Source of the DNA: Marsupella aquatica
Taxonomy: Eukaryota > Plantae > Marchantiophyta
Length of the DNA: 64,000 nt
Assembly: GCA_973895155.1 (NCBI GenBank)
Contig: OZ316899.1
Location: forward strand, 3,245,455 to 3,309,454
Direction of reading: 5' to 3'
Shown piece by piece: positions 22,127 to 33,940 of the stretch. Made by a program: the position numbers and the translations under genes. Each line of letters starts with the position of its first letter. The first letter of the stretch is position 1. The notes beneath the pieces are model-generated. The model ran no database searches. It saw only the letters and a list, made by a program, of their open reading frames with translations, and had not been told where the DNA came from.

Positions 22127-24921
22127 ATGTCACTTGTAACGGTAATCTGGGTGTTGCTTTGATGGATACAGGCGCGATTACTTGCTTCATAAGTGGGCAG
22201 GCGGCGGCACGTCTTGGGGTGGACGTGCAAGAGTTGCTACAACCGTTAGTGTGCAAGTTCACCAATGACACAAAGGGAATAGTGTCAAGAGTGGTACATA
22301 GACTTCGAGTAGAGGTCATAGGCAAACAACAAAATTTTGTTAGTCAGGAGATGTTGTACGTTCTAGATGGTCTAGCCGTAGACTTCATTTTGTTGGTAGG
22401 TTATCTCAGAAAGCACAATGTCACCTTGAAACCGGGGGGTGAAGTGCTCCATTTTCCCAATAAGGGCGATGAGCCCATCCTTGTACATGAAGTTACCAAA
22501 AATAAAGAAAGATTTCTCTAAGTAAAGTGTCTTGGTTGTCTCCGTGTGTATCGGCAAAGCAATGGTGGAAAGACTTCAAGGGTGGACATGAATGTTTCTT
22601 CTTTCATCTCCACCCAGTTAAGGTGGCTGCTTTGCAGCCGAAGGTCAAGTCAGCTAAGTTAGGGCCCGACTGCGGTTGAATTCCTGAAATTTTAGAGGAA
22701 TTCAATGACGTGCTCTCGTAGAAGCTACCTAAACGTTTACCCCCGCGGAGAGAAGTGGATCACCAAGTTGAGTTGGAGCCGGGTTTGGCTCCTCAGGCTA
22801 AAGCTCCTTATCGTTTGAACCCAACAAACGAATGATGTTGAAGAATGCCTTGGAAGAGTTGATTGACAAGGGTTCATTTGTCCTAGTAAGAGTCCTTATG
22901 GGGCGCCCGCACTGTTTGTGTCCAAAAAGGATGGTACTTTGAGATTGTGCGCAGATTATCGGGCCTTCAATAAGTAGACGGTAAAGAACAAGTACTCGTT
23001 ACCTCACACGGATGACCTGTTTGATTGCCTCTTCGGGGCTAGGAATTTTTCAAAGGTGGACTTGCGGTCTGGGTATTACCAGATCCGCATGGCTAAGGGA
23101 GACGAGTATAAGACCGTGATGCGCACAAGGTTTGGATCCTACGAGTTTTTGATTATGCCGTTTGGGTTGTGTAATGCAACCGCAACATTCATGAAGATGA
23201 TGAATATCATCTTTCATGACTTGTTGGACCAAGGAGTGGTCATCTTTATTGACAACATCCTAATCTACTCAAAAACATTGGAGGAACATGAGCAATTGCT
23301 CAGAGAAGTGTTCTCTTGCCTTCGTAAGGCTTGTCTCTTTGCTAATCCTAGCAAGTGCGAGTTTGCAATGAACGAGATTCAGTTCCTTGGCCATACCTTT
23401 ACCCCGGAGGGGATTACGCCTAGTCAGGACAAGCTTAAGGAGATCAAATAATGGGAGCGCCCGTCCAATGTAAGGCAGGTAGCCTTCTTAGGATTTACGG
23501 GGTTCTATCGGAGATACATGAAAGACTATGCAAGGATTGCGAGGCCCCTAAACGCGCTAACATTGAAAAACAAAGTGTTTGTGTGGACACAGGATTGCGA
23601 GTTAGCATTCCTAGAACTTAAGCGGTTAATGATAAAGCCACCGGTTCTAAAGTTACCTGAGATGGGGAAGCCGTTCGAGATTTGGACAGACGCAAGTGAT
23701 TATGCCATTGGCACCTGTCTTCACCAAGATGGGCATCCTGTGGCCTTTGAGTCATGTAAGTTGGAAAATCATTGGATCATTATCGCGTAGGGACCATCAT
23801 CATGTCAATGGGATCACGATGCTCGAATCCGAGTGGCCAAAGGTTTTGGCCATAGCGTATGGGGATGACAGGTTAGCTAAGGAATGGCAAAGCAATGGGG
23901 TTAGCCAAGGCAAGGTAAGGCATGTGTCATTGGGGTTGGATACGACGCATAATGTTCAGTTATGGCAATACAAGCAGAGGCATGTATACATACCAGAGTC
24001 TCTAAGGTTAGAGGTTTTGCAAAAGTACCATGACTTGCCTGGGGAGGGCATGGAGGACAAGCCGCTACGTATCGTAGCATGTCGCAAGATGTGTATTGAC
24101 CGGACATGAAGCAATCGGTCCTTTGCCACGTGCAAAGTTGTTACTCGTGCCAAAAAAACCGAACGGTCTATAGGGCAAAAGGAGGACTTTTGCAACCCTT
24201 ACCGATAGTTGTGACTCCATGGGAGTCTATCTCCATGGACTTCATTGTTGGGTTACGTGAGTCCCACGACAGTAACTCCATCTTAACAATCGTGGATCCT
24301 TTTTCCAAGATGGCGTATTTCTTGCCTACTACAAAAATGGTTTTGGCCAAGAGGTTGCCAGTCTAGTGTTTGACAATGTCTTCCAACAATGGGGATTGTG
24401 GTTGCATATCCTGTCTGATCGCAATACCAAGTTCACAGGCCATTTCTGGAAGGCGTTGTTCCGTTTATCCGGAATGGACCTGACTAGGGGATCAGCATAT
24501 CATCATGAGACGGAATGGATGAATGGTATCATGGAGGACTACTTGCGTCACTTTGTGACGGCCAATCAAAAGGATTGGGCAAAGCACTTAACAATGGCCG
24601 AGTTTAGGTGTAACTCAAACAAGCATTCGACAACGGGGTTTGCGCCATTTGTGTTGGCCACAAGGAGGATGCCAAGGGCGCCCTCCTGGTTTATAAATCC
24701 GGAAGCTTGGCGGACGGAAAGCAAGGTTCCTTCTGTAGACGATTTTATTCGAGGGCGGCGCCTAGTTGTGGAAGCGGCTACCAAGGGTATGACCCTTGCC
24801 CAAAGTCGGTACAAGGAGCAAGGGGATAAACATCGACGCCAGGTAAGCTTTGAAATTGGGGAGAGCGTCTGGTTGCGGTTGAGACCTGAGCAATACCACG
24901 GGAACATAAGTAGGAAGCTAG
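22123..24921 (+). pseudogene. pol: Pol (protease, RT, RNase H, integrase) with many stops and frameshifts
   Basis: ALMDTGA; DLRSGYYQIRM...MPFGLCNA...FIDNILIYS; WTDASDYAIG; CYSCQK, WESISMDFIVGL, ILSDRNTKF. Confidence 0.92.
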
Positions 24922-24990
24922 TATTTTGTTTCCCTCTAGATCCAGGATGTTGTGTGAAGCAGGGATGCTTCACAGTTAAGTAGGGGGATA

Positions 24991-25610
24991 TGTGATGCCA
25001 ATGACATGGTCCTTATTCTATAATCTGATTAACTAGGCTGTTGTATGCAAGGAGTAGCTATTGATATTGCATAAGGAGCAAGCTGGCAAGAATAAGGGCA
25101 ATCATGGCGTTAAGAGTAGGGATAAAGGTATTTGAGCTTGAAGACTGCACAACCAAGGCAGACACAGTTGAGGTAGTCACTGTCAAGGCCACAAAGGAGA
25201 AACTGGGGAAGAGAGGATTCAACTCTTTAAGCATACCATCTTCTTGACAAGCAAGATGGAGCATGGAGGCTCTTCAAGACGCCAGTACGGAGGTAGGCGT
25301 GGTAATTCAAGGAAGCGAGTCTCCATAGCTGAATATGAAACTGTGGGGTATGGTGATTGTTCTCAGGATGAAATCTAAATGTCTTGGGTGTGTAGCTTCA
25401 TTTTGTTAGTTAGGTTAGTGGTTCATAGTCTAGTCTTAGAATGTTAGGGAAATAAAAGGCTATGTCGCGGGTGGTCGGCGACCATATCTCGTTCAATATG
25501 TCACCAAATCTGGATTTGTAAAGAGCATTGGAAAGATCTGGTCAAGGCAAGTCAAATCGATATAAAACACTCAAGAAACGGAGATGTATTAAAAAATACA
25601 GCCTAATTAG
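24991..25610 (+). mobile_element. Possible LTR fragment of an unrelated element
   Basis: PPT-like AGTAGGGGGATA followed by TGTGATG; no partner LTR found. Confidence 0.3.
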
Positions 25611-26485
25611 TGTGACGGGTTAACTTGTGGCCGAAATTAGCAGATTCGGCTTCGGTTTCGGGTTAACCTAAGCTCGGCCACGACTTAGCTTTAGTGAGCA
25701 CGGTTTCAGCTTAGCTCAGGTCAGCACAACTTCAGTTTAGGCTTAACCCGGGTTCGGATTAGATTGATCCTGGGTTAGACTGAACTCGGGCTCGGGCTAT
25801 CATAGGTAAGCTCGGGTTCGGGCTCAGCTTAGCCTAGGTTAGCGGATAGCGGGTAGCGGCCTAACCCGAGACCACAGGGTAGCTCTACTTGGGTTAGATA
25901 GGATAGCTAGGTTAGCCCAACTCGGGTTAGCTATGTAACTCGGGTTAGCGCAACAGTGAGTACCCCCTCTCGGTTGCGGGGGCATAACTCTCTGTGTATT
26001 TGACCAAATTGGCTATAATTGACCTCGTTGGAAAGAGGAGCTCAAGCCGGGTTGAATAGAGAAATTGTGAGAGGATGTGCAAGCTCGCCAAAACTATGGA
26101 GGAGGGCCAAATCCTAAGTACATAGCCAATTCGAGATAGAAATAAAGCTGCGAGATAGGGTTCGGTAGTTAGAGATAGTGGCGGTTCTGTTAGGGCTGGG
26201 ATGGGGCTCCAGTAGCGTAGCATCCACTCATTTGGGCTCAATGTGAGAGTATATAGAGCAGCCCCCCGGTAGAGGCAGGGGGGACTTCAGTTGTGGGATC
26301 TCACATAGACTGAGCAACAGGGAGGAGCTTTGTGCAAGGAAGGCTGGGCTTGGAAGCTATGTGTTGGGGAGAGCTTGGTTGTGCTATTACTCAGGGAGTG
26401 ATCAACCACGCTTCATAGCAACAGTTGGTCAGGTTTGCAAGCTGGATTATGGCTCTTTCTAGTAGGCAATGTGGGAAGGCATTTT

Positions 26486-28164
26486 TGTTGAATATTATGA
26501 ATAAGAGCTTAATCGGGATTTTTTCAAACTTTTTGGAGCCAAAGATGACGCTTTCGGAAGCGTCCGCATTCTTTTGACGCTTTCTGAAGCGTCCGCCCTC
26601 ACTACTCTATTTTAAGCAGCTCAACTCCGGACGCTTTCTGAAGCGTCCATCTGAGAAGTTAGTATACGTTCAACTGCGGCACCAATCCAACGTCTGTGAC
26701 CGGCACCAAGTACTGGACGCCTTCTGAAGCGTCCACTGGAATAGTCCAAAACTTGATGCTACTTGGAAGCGTCCATTATCAAGTCCTGACTGCCGCGACG
26801 CTCCTAAAAGCGTCCCCATAAGACCTGACGCTTTCTGAAGCGTCCGCCACTCCAAGCACATCGACACTGACGCTGACTAAAGCGTCGCACCTGGAGCCCA
26901 GAAGACGGACGCTGCGACCAAAACCTCAAAATTCAGCCGACGCTTTCTGAAGCGTCCACAAAAGTCCTTTGTGGGTTTGGACGCTTTCTGAAGCGTCCAC
27001 TATGTTCCCGACACTTAGAAATATTTTCGTTTCGCACTTTTATAACACCGCGCCACTTTTACCGATTTATTTGAAGCACTTAGAGATCTCATAAAAGTCT
27101 GAAACTTTGCCAACATATAGACTATATGTAGTAGAGTACCCTAGAAAAGTTTCAACTCATTCCGACTTTTAGTTTAGAAGTTAAAATTAGATTAAGATCA
27201 CTATTTATTAGTTTTACCGGAAAACACCGACGCTTTGCAAGGGTCCGCTCAAACCTCGACGCTTTGAGAAGCATCCACTGCATTTTCCATACTTTACTTT
27301 TTCCATTTTAAGATTACCTTTTAGATATTGAGGTTTGAAAGGTCATGACTCTTCAGTTGACAGACTACACCTATAAGACCCCTTTCTTTACCAGTCCAAA
27401 GGGGGGGACAAAATGTTATTCAGATGTTAGAATTCTGAATAGTTTTTCACCTTCCATTTTAACAAGGGAGACTTGTATGGAAGTAAAATATATGTTATGA
27501 TTGTGAATGAATTCAGGAGATACTTTGTGTGACTGAATTACAATCACACCCTTTTGAGATTCATATCAAATTCACTGCTAGACTTACTCAAATGAGATTT
27601 GCTAGCCAATTTGAGAATTAATGCTTGATTGAGAGAAGCAAAATTCCATTTTCACAGTAGTTAGTACCATTACTGTACTCTGGTATATTCAATAGTGATT
27701 GATTGAAAGTACGCATCACTGATAATCAATCCATGTTGACGGCATTTTATTGAATATCTTAGTATTTGTAATCAGAAATCTACCTTTGGGTTTGGTGAGT
27801 AGAAATCTTTCAATCAGTATTCTTATGGATTTAAGGAGAGTTTAGATGAGTTAAGAGAAATTTTGTTTGTATATAATAAGACCATAGTCCTTTTTGAAGG
27901 AGTGGCAATATCAAACTGATAATGATCTCACTCAATTGAAGTTTATCTTTATTCATAACTCAAAAGTCTATTTTGTTTGTGTTTTGTTAGTTTTCTTATT
28001 TTTCCTGTAAGGAAAATTTGAGTTGTATAGAGTAAGAGACTCTAAACCTCTCAAAATTACTATATCATTCAATCTATTCCAATTCTGTTCCTAAAGGGAT
28101 CGAATTCCGAGTTTATAAAGATATTTTGTTACTTTTGTGTTCTTACGGCTTAGGACAGGCAACA
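26486..28164 (+). mobile_element. Athila-like solo LTR (~1.7 kb) with palindrome array
   Basis: TGTTG...CAACA termini; homologous to 3779-4828; no PBS after it. Flanks (ATTTT/CCATT) do not give a clean TSD. Confidence 0.55.
26547..27276. repeat. Array of ~11 palindromes, consensus GGACGCTT-TCTG-AAGCGTCC
   Basis: Copies at 26547, 26576, 26629, 26715, 26797, 26827, 26869, 26939, 26979, 27229 and 27258, plus half sites. Confidence 0.95.
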
Positions 28165-28643
28165 CCATTGGGTTCTTTTCCCCCGATACAGAGCCTTGGT
28201 GATAGGTGATGTGTTGGTGATTGTAAAATGTGGGGAGGATTTCAATGTGATTTGTGGTGAGCACATTAGGGAGGCTGAGATACTGATTGAGGGGCAGCAG
28301 GAGGAGCATTTACAGTTTAGTCTGGCAAGGCTACGTGATCCATGGGGAGTCACGGTCTTTGTCTGGTAGAGAGCACTAAGGGATTTATGGCAAGAGCTGA
28401 GCTTGCAGGGCAAGCGTGAGGCCGGGCCTCATTGCAGTCTGGGGTAGATTGCCGTTAGGCCTGGTACTAGTTTTGAAGTCGAGTCAACTGTGCATGCGTA
28501 ACTTGCCATTCTGAAATGGAGGTGTGAGATCTATATATGCCCCCAAGAATGAAGTGCAGTGAAGGAGGTTGAGTTCAGGATTGAGTTTGCAAGGCAAGTA
28601 CGGGATTGGTTTGAGTCCAATCTGCCGTCGCAATCTGGAGTGA

Positions 28644-30359
28644 CACTAGTACAATTTACCTCCTTTTTCCGACCCTCTTCGCATCGGACGCCTTTGTAAA
28701 ATAAAATCTGAAAAAACCATATATCCAATTCTTCCAACATTGTAATATGCCATGTTAATAGTATCGGATATCGACAATCGGACTTCTATCAGAAAGTCCA
28801 ATGGTGAGAACATGGGAAAGTCCAATGTTGGGAGAATGGGAAAGTCTGATGCTCAAAGAATGGGAAAGTCCGATGGTGAGAGCATGGGAAAATCCGATGG
28901 TGGGAGCATGGGAAAATCCAAAACAATTAAAATGGGATAAGCATAAGATATCTATTGGAGCGGGAGCATACAATCACCCCTCTCTCCCTTTAGATTTCAC
29001 TCTTCATTCTTCAACTACAAGTGTGGTGCCCCATCTCCTTTTATTACCAATTAATTGGTCACCCATCCCAGTTGTTATTCCTTGAGCATGCGCATAACTT
29101 GGTGGTTTCTATCCCTTGCATTGTACATGCAAGCTTAGTACTTTTGATGATTGACTTAGAGTGTTTGGGGATTTTATACACTTCTGAATTCAAGTTTCCA
29201 TTTACCAACTAATTGGTCACCCATCCCAATGGCTATTCCTCAAGCATGAGCTTAACTTGGTGGTTTATATTCCTTGCATTGTACATGCAGCAAGCTTAGT
29301 ACTTCTAATGTTTGACTTGGAGTGTTTGGGAATTTTATACACTTCTTGAATTTATTTAGACCCATAATTTGGACCCATTCTTGATTGATTTTGCTGTACC
29401 ATGACATTTGATTTTTGTGTGATCTATTCAAATTCCATTCTGACTAGCACTCCCTTGGAGTAACCAATAGGAATTTGAGGTCATTTGTGGATAGTAAAGC
29501 CCTCCTTTATTAATTGGACCTGATATGGGATATGGCTTATTTGCTAATGGAACAAATTTTAGTCCCTCCAAACCTCGGCATCAATGGCTCTTGATTGTCT
29601 CACCTTCATGAATTATGTTGTTGATGAACTTGCAACAAAGACTACACGGGACAAGCAACCTCCTTTCAGATGATCTATTTTAGACTTTGCATCAGTACGT
29701 GCATACTACCAGAAGGGAACAACATGTCGAGGTCTTGAAAGGGGACAAAAAGGACATTGCAATCTATTGGCCTCAAGTATGAAATTATTCATATATGCAA
29801 GAATGATTGTGTACTCTTTGGGGGGGAGTATGAGAGATGTGTGCAATCATAACTTGTCATTCTACCACAATCAAACTTTCCCATTCTTCCAGCATTGGAC
29901 TTTCCCATTCTCCAAGCATCGGACTTTCCCATTCTACCAGCATCGGACTTTCCCATTCTCCAAGCATCGGACTTTCCCATTCTACCAGCATCGGACTTTC
30001 CCATTCTCCCAACATCGGACTTTCCCATTCTACCATAATTGGATATAATGTCCGTTATTATCAACTACGGAAAATTTTCAATCAATATTGCAACGCACAC
30101 TATTTCCGGTACAAACAACATTGGACCTATCAAACAAAGTTTTGTTGAGGGATCCGATGTATTTTATAACGGATACAATCCGTTTTTTCACGCATCGGAA
30201 AGGATTCTGTTGGTATTTACATCGGAAAAGAAGATATCCAAAGCCAAGAGTATGGCATATTGCCATTCTGTGAGAATGGGATTTTCCGATTTCAGGAGAA
30301 TTAGACGCCGATTGTTTGCAAAAACTGAGCATCGGAAAAGAGCATAATATGTTCTAGTG
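28644..30359. mobile_element. Non-autonomous CACTA (En/Spm) DNA transposon, 1716 bp
   Basis: TIRs CACTAGTACA / TGTTCTAGTG; 3-bp TSD TGA (28641-43, 30360-62). Inverted subterminal arrays of a 24-bp repeat (ATGGGAAAGTCCGATG...) at ~28810-28920 and ~29875-30030. Internal ~158-bp duplication (29045/29203). No transposase. Confidence 0.93.
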
Positions 30360-32057
30360 TGAGTCGGGCTCAGGTTCAAGATTGAGCTTGCATGGCAAGC
30401 ACGGGGCTTGCAGGGCAAGCACATTGCAATTTGGAGTAGTCAGCCTTCGGGCCTATTGTTCGGATCAAGTGTTCTCAGTGAACTGTTGTGCACATCTTTG
30501 AATCTAATTGAGTTTTCCTCTCAAGCCTCATTTCTCTCATGGAGTGTGTGTGTGAGGCAATCTGAGTGTATGACGGGACTAGCAGCGCCACTGAGAGATG
30601 TATCGGGTGCATTGAAGTGGGTTGGGTGAGGGCTGTCATAGACCTGATTGCTGAGAGTCGAATGGCAGAGTGGTGGGGTAATGGCTTAAAAGTCCCTAAG
30701 CCAGGAATCAGTCAGGAGTCACTAGTTTATGGGTACATTCCGGCGGCGGAATAAAAATATACCTATGATAGTAAGCATACGTATAGACATATGCGCACCG
30801 TAGCGCTAGGCCCTGTGTGTACGGGCCCGATATGAAGACCCCTTCTCACCAGAACTATCATGAGCACAGGATCTGATTCCCAACCTTGGTTCCTAAGGAT
30901 TGAGCTTGGGTGATGTGTGACAGAGTCTTGCTATGATAGTCTAGTGTTAAGGGCATAAACTGGTGTTTATCGGCCTTCACAACATCCCTTTGTGATCCTC
31001 AGGTACAAGGAGATGGTTTTGGCACCCAATAGTGATGTTTTTGGTGTTAAGACCCATGTCAATCGCGTGACACACACCCGCCTTTGCCTCTCCCCATTGT
31101 GATTGGGAACCTTGGGCCCTTGTCCCTCAGGTTTTGAATTCAAGGCTCCCACATACATCCCCACTCCTGGCTCATCTTTTGATCTCCTTCTCTGCGCGAC
31201 CCCGACAAAGGAATCTGCTCTCATGGGCCTTCCTGCCTCTGGGGGTCACTTCCACGGAAGTGGCACCTCACATGCGATAAAGTATAGACACATTTAAATA
31301 GGTGTGGCGGAAGACTTCCAAAGTTTGGTGGAAGAACACATAGGGCATGTTTTATTGACTGGTCAACTTTAAAGAACACATAGGCCTATTTAATTGTAAA
31401 AAATACTTTATTTAAACTTTTTAGGGGTTTTTAAATAAAAAATGTCAAAATTTAAAGAAAGAATGGGTTTTGCAAAAAGATATTTTTCACTTATAAGTTA
31501 GGGGGGTCAAACCCTAAAACGTCACACGTGATGTATGACCCTCCATATAGTGATGCCCCCGAGCTTCCTGCGCCTGCCTCCCAAACAATGCCCTGTACCG
31601 GTGCTTATGCTGCAGCTATTGGCTTCTCCTTCTGTAGCATTTGTAGAAGGTCTTGCATGGTTGGTTGCTCCATTGGCGTGGGTTTTGGCCTTGGGGGTCT
31701 CACTATATGGGGACCTCCCCATCACCTGAGACATTTTTAGGCCTCGGGCCCCCTAAAATGTTTTTAAACCAAAAATTTTGGATTAAAAAGACTCTAATGT
31801 TCTTATAAGTCTCAAAATTAAATTTAAAAGACCCAATTGTTCTTCTGCAAAAATTCTTAAGTCTTTCCTTAGAATCAATAAAATGACCCTATCTTTCGTT
31901 GCACGTGATATGTCATTTTTGTGGAAGTGAAACCCCTGAGGTACTGGCCTCGGCCTAAAGATCTGCTCTATTGTGGGGCTGGTGGGCGGTTCGGGTTTCC
32001 TTGTTGCCGGCCTCTGCTCCAACTCCTCTTCTGGTGCCCTTGCCTACAGGGGAAATA

Positions 32058-32675
32058 CTAGTGCAAAGGTCTGACTTTGGCGTACCGGCACAATAGCGAT
32101 ATGTGATAACCAAACCGGGACACGCTCCCCTGGCCTATCACTTGTTGTTCCTCCTTCAAGATCTTCTTCAATTGGGTGAGGAGGTACCCGTTGTAGTCTT
32201 GGCTTGGGTCTGGCCTCTCTGCCCGGTAGACCTGTGCCTTGCTGATCTCCGGCCTTTCCAAATCGTTATGCATTGTCACCCACAAGAAATCAATCATTTC
32301 TCCAATGTGCGAGTTGGTGCAGGTGTTTTGGAAGAAGCCATTCTTTGTTGATGGCCCGGGAAATGACCTAAAATCCTTATCCGACAAGTTCTTCCGGGTG
32401 TCTACCTTGGTCTTATTGCTTATTGGCAAGCCAAATACTTTGGCAATCACCTTGGGAGTGAGATAGAATTCCCTCCCATAGTACCTTGGTTGCATTTTCC
32501 TTGTGATCCCATAATCCCACGAATTCCAACAAGTCTGATTTTGGCACCTCCGGCTTGAGCCACGGTAATCTAATGAAGGTCTCCAAGTCGGATTCTTGTG
32601 TAAAATATAACTACATCGCTTGCGGTATGACCGTCGCCCAGCCCTTCCATGTATCATCCCTTGTAGGGATAGCAT
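32058..32675 (-). pseudogene. Fragment of another homologue of the LTR-borne PMD-like protein
   Basis: LTPKVIAKVFGLP...KNGFFQNTCTN...EMIDFLWVTMH...EISKAQV aligns with LTEHRLTQIFGLP...DNGYKQGACTN...ERLNFIQTTLH...EIFLCTI of ORF 40387-41643. Confidence 0.7.
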
Positions 32676-33940
32676 TGACTGGGTAGATCTTGGGTTCCTT
32701 GGCCTCCTCCTGTGTCGTATCTTGTGTCCTATAACTACTCTCTAGGTTTCTATCATAAATCTAAGTTTAAGAAGTGTCTATGCTCACAAAACCCAAGATA
32801 AGTTTTGGATTGTGCGTATAGTAGTGTGTCATTAAAATGCCGGCAACATGTTTCCTTTTTCAGCAATGCGCACTTCCAAAGGAAAACTAATGCACATTCA
32901 GTATACCACAATGGTACTTCAAATTCGTGAATTAAGAATGTCGCTACCATCACAAAACGGAAATTTTGTTTGTTTTGTATCTATTGGACATAAGAGTGAT
33001 TGCTACAAATGGCTATGTCCAATTTGTGTTTTATGCATGACACCATGCCATCTTAATATGCTATAACAAATTCATCTATTTTATATCCGTATGATGTCTA
33101 TGCAATGCTGAAAGTTTATTTAATTACATTATGAAACATATATACTTTTGCTGTAGCTTTGCTATTGACATTTTAATTTATTTGATATAAACCTTATGTT
33201 CATCTATAATTGGTGTGTAAACTACACATATATAACTGTCATAAATTTTTGACCAAATAAGCTTAAAAAACTTTTGAATTCAAAAACTTTGGAGGAAATA
33301 TTTAACCAAAATAAGCAGTGAAAGATTTCCACAAAATTTTCATAGATGTTACAATAAGGAGAAAGGGAAAACTTTATTTCAATAAACTTTGTTCCTCTAA
33401 ACTACATAGTATTTCCCAGAGTAGTGCTTTGTCAGCCAGTTTTGTTTGACTGTTTCTAGAGATAACCTAATTCCATTAAAGTGTCAACATGTGAGATACC
33501 ACAGCCGGTTGGAGACATTCACCGGTGGTAACCTTTGAAAGACCTCACTGCCAGAATATATTTGCAACTAACTACCCTTTTGCTCAGTCTGAAGACAAAA
33601 AATTGTCAGCTGGTACAAGCCGCTCCACAGAAACCTCAACATGAGCATATTCATCTATTCAAAGGCCAACAGCAAAAGTTGTTGCACGGCTCTTTCCTAT
33701 CTCTTGCACAGAAAGAGGACTGGCCTTGAGTTGCTTCTTGACGCTAACTCCATCCAGTGAACCCAACAATTATGTGAGAAAAGCAAATCACACATGAAGA
33801 CTCAATTACCTCTCCTGTCAAATGAATCCAGATCAAAAATTATCAACAGCATACACCTGGCAGGCTGACTCAAAACACAAATAAACAGAAGCGATATATA
33901 AAGGCTACAAGATATAGTACCTGCATTGCATGGTCCACCA

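Larger units (their letters stand above)
19317..24921 (+). mobile_element. 3'-truncated chromovirus-like Ty3/Gypsy element
   Basis: 5' LTR 19317-20297 with TGGTGG...CCACCA termini; PBS TGGTATTAGAGC (tRNA-iMet type, 1 mismatch) at 20300-20311; gag, zinc knuckle, protease, RT, RNase H and integrase follow. Breaks off at ISRKL before the GPF motif. No 3' LTR. Confidence 0.88.
25611..30922 (+). mobile_element. Solo-LTR-like remnant of the same Gypsy group as 57652-61639, interrupted by two nested insertions
   Basis: Starts TGTGACG, ends GTGTGACA. TATA-like TATATAGAG at ~26250. GTACATTCCGGCGGCGGAA at 30733 is identical to 61451. CGGGTTAG-rich repeats at ~25660-25950. TSD not confirmed. Confidence 0.55.

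Noticed and set aside
26547-27276. CRISPR-like or REP-like array
   Set aside because: Spacers are irregular (about 10-250 bp), repeats degenerate unevenly, there are no cas genes, and the context is a eukaryotic LTR.
28752-30148. ORFs with GRMGKSDA / SIGLSHS octapeptide repeats
   Set aside because: They are translations of the 24-bp subterminal repeats of the CACTA element, open in several frames only because the unit is a multiple of 3.
32821-32827. TAGTAGTG as a CACTA-type terminus of the Plavaka element
   Set aside because: The orientation is wrong for a left end and no matching opposite terminus was found.
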